Origin: Candidatus Velthaea sp.
GTDB lineage: Bacteria; Vulcanimicrobiota; Vulcanimicrobiia; Vulcanimicrobiales; Vulcanimicrobiaceae
DNA: 64,000 nucleotides
NCBI GenBank assembly: GCA_965214935.1
Contig: CBDCCS010000022.1
Location: 576,001-640,000, forward strand
Reading direction: 5' to 3'
Shown here: positions 58,854 through 64,000 of the stretch, piece after piece
Numbering within the stretch: the stretch's first letter is position 1
Layout of the letters: every line of letters begins with the position of its first letter
Notes under the pieces: model-generated
The model's database searches: none
What the model was told of the DNA's origin: nothing
The model's input: only the letters and a program-made list of their open reading frames with translations
Position numbers and translations under genes: made by a program

Positions 58854-60161
58854 CTACACGATTCCGCTGCGCGCGCCGCCGTTTGCCGGCCGTTGCTGCG
58901 CCATACGGCGGCGATAGCCGGATTTGCGATAAACGGCAACCGGATCGATTGCGCCGCCGGCTTCGTCGCGCACGCGCGCGACGATCGGACCGGCGTCGGT
59001 CTCAAATGCCGCTTTGAGCGTCTGCGATGCCATGAGCGCATCGTTGGCGCTTTGAAATGCGTCAAGCGCTTTGCGGTCGACGAAGAGCGCCTGTGCGTAC
59101 GTTCGGGCAACCGTTGCGCCGCTCGTCATGAGACTTTCGATCGGATCGGTAACGTTATGCGATTGATCGAGCATATAAGCGGGAGCAAATCCGGCAACTC
59201 GGTCGCGCGCTGCATCCACGAGCTCGTTGAAAACGAGAAATAGCCGGTACGGTGCAATCGAACCGCTATCGAGATCGTCGTCGCCGTACTTACTATCGTT
59301 GAAGTGAAAGCCGGCGAGTTTGCCGCACGCGATCAGCCGGGCAACGATCATTTCGATATTGACCGTCGGCGCATGATGGCCGAGATCGACTAAGCACAAC
59401 GCTTGCGGGCCGAGTGCCTGCGCCGCCAGTAAATTGCTGCCCCAGTCCCCGATGACCGTCGAGTAAAAGGCCGGCTCGAACAATTTATGTTCGATGAACA
59501 TGTTCCAATCGGCAGGCAAACCGGCGTAAATGCTTCGCGCGCTTTGCACGTAGCGCTCGAAGGCCCGGCGAAAATGCTGTTGCCCGGGAAAGTTCGAGCC
59601 GTCGCCGACCCAGACCGTCAGCGCCTTACTTCCTAATTTGGTGCCGGCGTCGATGCAGGCCAAATTGTGTTCGATCGCCGCTTCGCGCACGGCGGCATCG
59701 GTATGCGTGAGACTGCCGAACTTGTACGAGACTGCGGCATTCGGCTGATCGGCAAACGTGTTCGAATTAACGGCGTCGAAGTGCAGATTGTAGCGCGCCG
59801 CTTCGGCGCGCAAACCGGCGAAATCGTTGACCCAATCCCAGGGGAAGTGAAGCGAGACGCCCGACGTGCAGCGCACGAGTTGCGCGATGACGCCGCAATC
59901 TTGCAGCTTATCATGGATGTTGCGCGGTTCGCCCGGTCCGGGAAAGCGCGCGAAGCGCGTGCCGCCTGAACCGACGCCCCAACTCGGGAGCGCGACCTCG
60001 AAACGCGCGACGGAACGCTTAACCGCGTCGATATCGACGCCGGTTCGAGCTAACCGCTCGGCGAGCGACGTGTAGTCGCGCTCGAGCGCGGGACGGCGTT
60101 GAGCGTTATCGCTTTCGATCAGATCGCTATCGATGAGTTCGGCCGGCAGGGTCGTCGTCAT
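58854..60161 (-). CDS. rhaI: L-rhamnose isomerase (Pseudomonas stutzeri/RhaI type)
   Basis: PSWGVGSGGTRFARF, HFPWD, NSNTF, EHKLFEPAFY, DLGHH, HFNDSKYGDDDL, MLDQSHN. Confidence 0.92.
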   Translation of the reverse strand: MTTTLPAELIDSDLIESDNAQRRPALERDYTSLAERLARTGVDIDAVKRSVARFEVALPSWGVGSGGTRFARFPGPGEPRNIHDKLQDCGVIAQLVRCTSGVSLHFPWDWVNDFAGLRAEAARYNLHFDAVNSNTFADQPNAAVSYKFGSLTHTDAAVREAAIEHNLACIDAGTKLGSKALTVWVGDGSNFPGQQHFRRAFERYVQSARSIYAGLPADWNMFIEHKLFEPAFYSTVIGDWGSNLLAAQALGPQALCLVDLGHHAPTVNIEMIVARLIACGKLAGFHFNDSKYGDDDLDSGSIAPYRLFLVFNELVDAARDRVAGFAPAYMLDQSHNVTDPIESLMTSGATVARTYAQALFVDRKALDAFQSANDALMASQTLKAAFETDAGPIVARVRDEAGGAIDPVAVYRKSGYRRRMAQQRPANGGARSGIV

Positions 60162-60400
60162 CGAGTTTCCGTTCGCCGCAGTCGGGCGACAAACCCGGGC
60201 GACAGCCCGGCGGCACGGGATCAACGACATGACGAGGTACGGCGAAAGGCCTTGTGATCTCGTGTCCCTCGTCACTGGACAACGCGAGAAAACACGTGGA
60301 ATATCCCACTTTTTGAGAAGTGTTAAAGTTTGGGTCGTAATGTATATTTTTGACGTGAACTCGCCGGTTTTTCCCGGCGCGCCGTTGGTGTAAGGGGTTC

Positions 60401-61060
60401 ATGGAGGAGATTACGGTGATCGCGCACGACCTCGTTCCGCTTCGTACCTTTATCATCGAACGCCAGGCGCTTATAGCGAAGGCGCTTCATTCGTTCCTCG
60501 ACGAGAATCCGCTGATTCGCGTCGTCGGCGACGGTTCGTCGGTTCGAATCGATGAATTGCAGCGGACTCGCCCGGATCTCATCATCTTCGGTCTCGATAA
60601 TGCGACGCACGACGTGAGCGACGCCCTCGCGCTCGCCCGCAGTGTGTGCCCGAACGTTCGGTTCTGCGTTCTGTCCAGCTTCGCCAATTCCGATGTGATG
60701 CAACGCAGCATCGCCTCCGGCGCCGACGGCTTCGTCGTTAAAGATATTTCGCCGAGCGAACTTGATGTTGCTTTCCGCGTTCTGGCCAGCGGGTCGTCGT
60801 ATGTCGATCCGCGCGTTGCGGGTGGGATGCTCAAACGTCGCTACGCATCGAACACCGGAGCGGCGCTGGCCGACTTGACGATGCGTGAAGCGGAAATTTT
60901 GCGGCTCATTGCCGGCGGGCTCGCGAACAAAGAGATCGGTGGAAAACTCAAGCTGTCCGAGAAAACAATCAAAAACTACGTGAGCCGTATCTTCTCGAAA
61001 CTCAATGTTTCGGCGCGCACGCAAGCCGCGGTCTACGCGATCAAGGCCGGTTTCGTCTAG
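60401..61060 (+). CDS. NarL/LuxR-family response regulator with atypical receiver
   Basis: LTMREAEILRLIAGGLANKEIG..L.LSEKTIKNYVS HTH; the receiver lacks the canonical Asp residues. Confidence 0.9.
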   Translation: MEEITVIAHDLVPLRTFIIERQALIAKALHSFLDENPLIRVVGDGSSVRIDELQRTRPDLIIFGLDNATHDVSDALALARSVCPNVRFCVLSSFANSDVMQRSIASGADGFVVKDISPSELDVAFRVLASGSSYVDPRVAGGMLKRRYASNTGAALADLTMREAEILRLIAGGLANKEIGGKLKLSEKTIKNYVSRIFSKLNVSARTQAAVYAIKAGFV

Positions 61061-61069
61061 ACCCGGCGC

Positions 61070-63778
61070 TTACGGCCCTTCGACGATCCGCACGAAATTT
61101 TGCGGGTGTACGTAGGCGGCGAACGCGTCTTGAATCGAACGCTTATCGGTTCGGAGAAACTTTCGCGCCGCGACCTGCGTTCGATCGAACGGATAACCGT
61201 TGGCAGCATCGTCAAGTAACGATTCGCCGATCGCATCGACCGAAGAGCCGGCGATGACCGTTCGCCGCACCGTCGATGCTTTGGCGAGATCGAGCTCGAA
61301 CGTCCCGACCGGCTCGGTCTGCATGCGTTTGATTTCCGCATCGATGAGTGACGATATGCGCCCGGCATTTGCCGGTAAACATGCAAAGTCGATCGTTAGC
61401 TCGTAACGCCCGCGGCGCGGATTTACGGCCGACGAGATCGAGTAAACGAGTCCGGCGTTTTGCCGCAAATCGCGAAATAAGCGGCTTTGTTCGGGACCGA
61501 GTGAACCGCCGCCCATAATTGCATTCCCGAGCAGCAACGGATACAGTTCCGGCGCATCGCGTCCGAGTTCGACGTTTTGCCGAAACGTTATCGAGTCTTG
61601 ATCGACCGGCAGTTCGACTCGGACATCGCCCGGCGGATTGAGCGGCAGCGGCGAAAGCGCGAGATCCGGAACGACACCGCTGGCGTGCCATGCGCCGAAG
61701 CTACGCTCGAGCGCATTGCGCACGACGTCGGGCGCTACGTTACCGACAACGACGACCGTTGCGAGATCCGGGCGGATCGTCTTTGCATAGTACGCTTTCA
61801 CGTCGTCAAGGCTGAGCGCTTGCAGCCCGTTGACGGTCGGTTCGCGCAATTCCGGATCGCCGGCCGGCAACAGCAACACCGAAGCACGCCGGTCGACGAT
61901 GGCGCTCGAGCCGCGTAAAGCGGTTTCCAGTTGTTGCACCGCACGCTGCCGCGCGCGCTCGAACGTCGCTTCGTCGAGCCGTGGCATGAGCTCCGCTTCG
62001 GCAAGTAAAGCAACGCCGCGATCGAACGACCGCGACGTCGTTTGCAAACCAAAACCCGCTCCACTCGATACGTCGGAGTCCGCGTCGTCTTGCGCGCGCG
62101 CGAAGGTCAGCCGGTCTCGCGTTTGCGTGCCGTCCTCGAACATCGCAGCGAGCACCGACGAAACGCCCTCTTTACCGACGGGCTCTTGCAGAACCGTGTT
62201 CGTTTTGATCGTGCCGAACAGGAAGACCGAATCGGAGATCGTCTCGGGCTGCACGATCACGTTCATTCCATTACTCAATTTCATTTGCGCGGGAAAACGA
62301 GCGGGCTCGTCGACTGCAACATTCTGCAAGAGCCGGCTCGCCCAATCGGGCAAATGCGTGACCGGCGGCTGCGCGCCTAGCGGCTTTTCCGGTCCGCTCG
62401 AAGGCGGCGCCGCGGCGGCGCGACCCGATGCGTTCGCCGACGGCGTCAAGGCGCCGACGATCGCTTCGCGCTCGTTGAAATACCGTTTCGCAACGCGATC
62501 GACATCGGCCAAGCTGACGCCCGCGATCAGTTGCTGCTCGCGCACGATCGACGGCTCGCGGTCGAGCGCAACGGTCGTCGCCCAATCCGACGCAAGTGCA
62601 GCGATCGAATTACGGCTTTCTTCCTGACCGGAAATTAGGCGCCGCTTCGTTGTCTCGAAGAGTTCGCTCGGCACGCCGGTACGTGCATAGACGCTCAAGA
62701 TGCGTTCGAGCCGCGCGGCCGCTTGTAGCGGATCGGCACCCGGACTCAATGCCGCAGTTGCAAATGCGAGTTGACCTTCGTCGAAATACGGCAACGACGT
62801 CCACTGCGCATCGAGTGCATCACCGCTATCGACTAGCCCGCGAATCGCGCCGCGCTGCGAATCGAGTACGCCTTGCAGCACGAACGACGGCAGAAAATCG
62901 GGACTATTGATGCCCGGTAAGCGATAGCCGACGGCGGCTAACGGATAGATGAGCGTCGTCGAGCGCTGCAGCACGATGCGATGCAGCGGCGCAAAGTGCG
63001 CGGCGACATGTGCCGGAACGACGCGCCGCGGAATTGATGCGAAACGCGCGCGGATCGACTCGAGCGTGCGCGCCGGATCAACATCGCCGGCGACCACGAG
63101 CACCGCATTATTCGGCGCGTACCAGCGTTTGTAAAAGGCTTTGATTTGCGGCCCGGTAAGCCGATCGAAGGCGGCGCGCGTTCCCACGCCTTCGTGCCCG
63201 TAGGGCGTTTTCGCATACGCCAGCAACTGAACGTCGCGAAAAAAGTCGCTGCCCGGCTGCGATTCGTCGCGTAAGACTTCTTGTTCGATCGCACCGCGCT
63301 CGTTCGACCATTGCGCCTGCGCGTCGAGAACGTCACGCATCCGATCGGACTCGATTCGTAGCACCGCATCGAGGTCGGCCGCCGGTACGGTAAATTGGTA
63401 GTGCGTGGTCGTATCGGTCGTCGCCGCGTTGAAATCGCCGCCGAGTGCCGTTGCAATCGTCCCGAGTTCGCTCGTCGACAGATGCGTCGTTCCGCGAAAC
63501 ATCATGTGTTCTTGAGCGTGCGCCAGGCCGGGAAAGTCGGCTGGATCGTCACGCGAACCGACCAGATACGTCAAGTCGGTCGAAACCACCGGACCGATCG
63601 TGTTGCGCACGATGACGACCCGCAAGCCGTTGGTCAGCGTCGCTTTGAGTACGTTAGTTTGCGAAGTGGGCGGCGCTGCGGCCGGCAGGGCGGCCACGAG
63701 CACGACGCCGGCGAGAGCGAGCGCCGGCATACGCAGCAGCGCTACGAACCCGGCCAACCGGGAGATGGAGCGTGACAT
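61070..63778 (-). CDS. Secreted M16 (pitrilysin) family zinc peptidase
   Basis: Signal peptide; GLAHAQEHMMFRG (HxxEH), NAAT, ERGAIEQE, FYKRWYAPNNA; duplicated inactive C-terminal half. Confidence 0.95.
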   Translation of the reverse strand: MSRSISRLAGFVALLRMPALALAGVVLVAALPAAAPPTSQTNVLKATLTNGLRVVIVRNTIGPVVSTDLTYLVGSRDDPADFPGLAHAQEHMMFRGTTHLSTSELGTIATALGGDFNAATTDTTTHYQFTVPAADLDAVLRIESDRMRDVLDAQAQWSNERGAIEQEVLRDESQPGSDFFRDVQLLAYAKTPYGHEGVGTRAAFDRLTGPQIKAFYKRWYAPNNAVLVVAGDVDPARTLESIRARFASIPRRVVPAHVAAHFAPLHRIVLQRSTTLIYPLAAVGYRLPGINSPDFLPSFVLQGVLDSQRGAIRGLVDSGDALDAQWTSLPYFDEGQLAFATAALSPGADPLQAAARLERILSVYARTGVPSELFETTKRRLISGQEESRNSIAALASDWATTVALDREPSIVREQQLIAGVSLADVDRVAKRYFNEREAIVGALTPSANASGRAAAAPPSSGPEKPLGAQPPVTHLPDWASRLLQNVAVDEPARFPAQMKLSNGMNVIVQPETISDSVFLFGTIKTNTVLQEPVGKEGVSSVLAAMFEDGTQTRDRLTFARAQDDADSDVSSGAGFGLQTTSRSFDRGVALLAEAELMPRLDEATFERARQRAVQQLETALRGSSAIVDRRASVLLLPAGDPELREPTVNGLQALSLDDVKAYYAKTIRPDLATVVVVGNVAPDVVRNALERSFGAWHASGVVPDLALSPLPLNPPGDVRVELPVDQDSITFRQNVELGRDAPELYPLLLGNAIMGGGSLGPEQSRLFRDLRQNAGLVYSISSAVNPRRGRYELTIDFACLPANAGRISSLIDAEIKRMQTEPVGTFELDLAKASTVRRTVIAGSSVDAIGESLLDDAANGYPFDRTQVAARKFLRTDKRSIQDAFAAYVHPQNFVRIVEGP

Positions 63779-63827
63779 TATTCCGATCTTAGCGGCGCGA
63801 GCTTAGACCTCCCTGGCCGGGCCTGCG

Positions 63828-64000
63828 CTACATCGGCGGTACGACACCGTGCTCCCCGACGACGATGAACGGCGCTGCCGTACCTGCGGCGACGTTCAGC
63901 GTCACGATGTGTGCGCCCGTCACGAGCAAGCTCGTCGAGCCGGGCTCGGCACGAACGACCGGCGTCCCGGCTTCAATCGTCACTCTTTTCGACCCGCCTT
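63828..64000 (-). CDS. 3' end of a hypothetical protein (DUF5666-like), runs off the right edge
   Basis: Hand translation ...GGSKRVTIEAGTPVVRAEPGSTSLLVTGAHIV...IVVGEHGVVPPM*. Confidence 0.6.
   Translation of the reverse strand, partial: GGSKRVTIEAGTPVVRAEPGSTSLLVTGAHIVTLNVAAGTAAPFIVVGEHGVVPPM

Overview
This is a GC-rich bacterial chromosomal window with no phage, integrase, transposase or CRISPR array seen. A TonB-dependent receptor together with a Firmicutes-like rplI-lonC-dnaB gene order suggests a diderm Terrabacteria lineage such as Vulcanimicrobiota/Eremiobacterota (inference). Left to right it holds: a partial MASE4/PAS sensor, larBCE nickel-pincer cofactor genes without larA, a class III aminotransferase, two sugar ABC systems, a Uma2 pseudogene, pyruvate carboxylase, and an aromatic-catabolism cluster (GntR, Liv-type ABC, aryl-alcohol dehydrogenase, pobA). 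An accessory stretch ends at tRNA-Thr(CGT), followed by DUF1203/ada, leuA, a TonB receptor, dnaB-lonC-rplI-rpsR, L-rhamnose isomerase, an atypical NarL-type regulator and an M16 peptidase. The strongest new observation is a mirror-image pair of Ada boxes (AAT-N6-GCAA). Each lies exactly at -57..-45 from a probably leaderless ATG, one driving ada and one driving the divergent DUF1203 gene, which implicates the uncharacterised DUF1203 family in the adaptive response to alkylation. Other notable items are a structured ~130-nt candidate sRNA before the tRNA, a complete Leu attenuator before leuA, two non-coding imperfect tandem arrays, a highly structured leader on a stand-alone rpsR, and a LarC with a divergent N-terminal motif. 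All family assignments are by-eye motif recognition; no searches were run.
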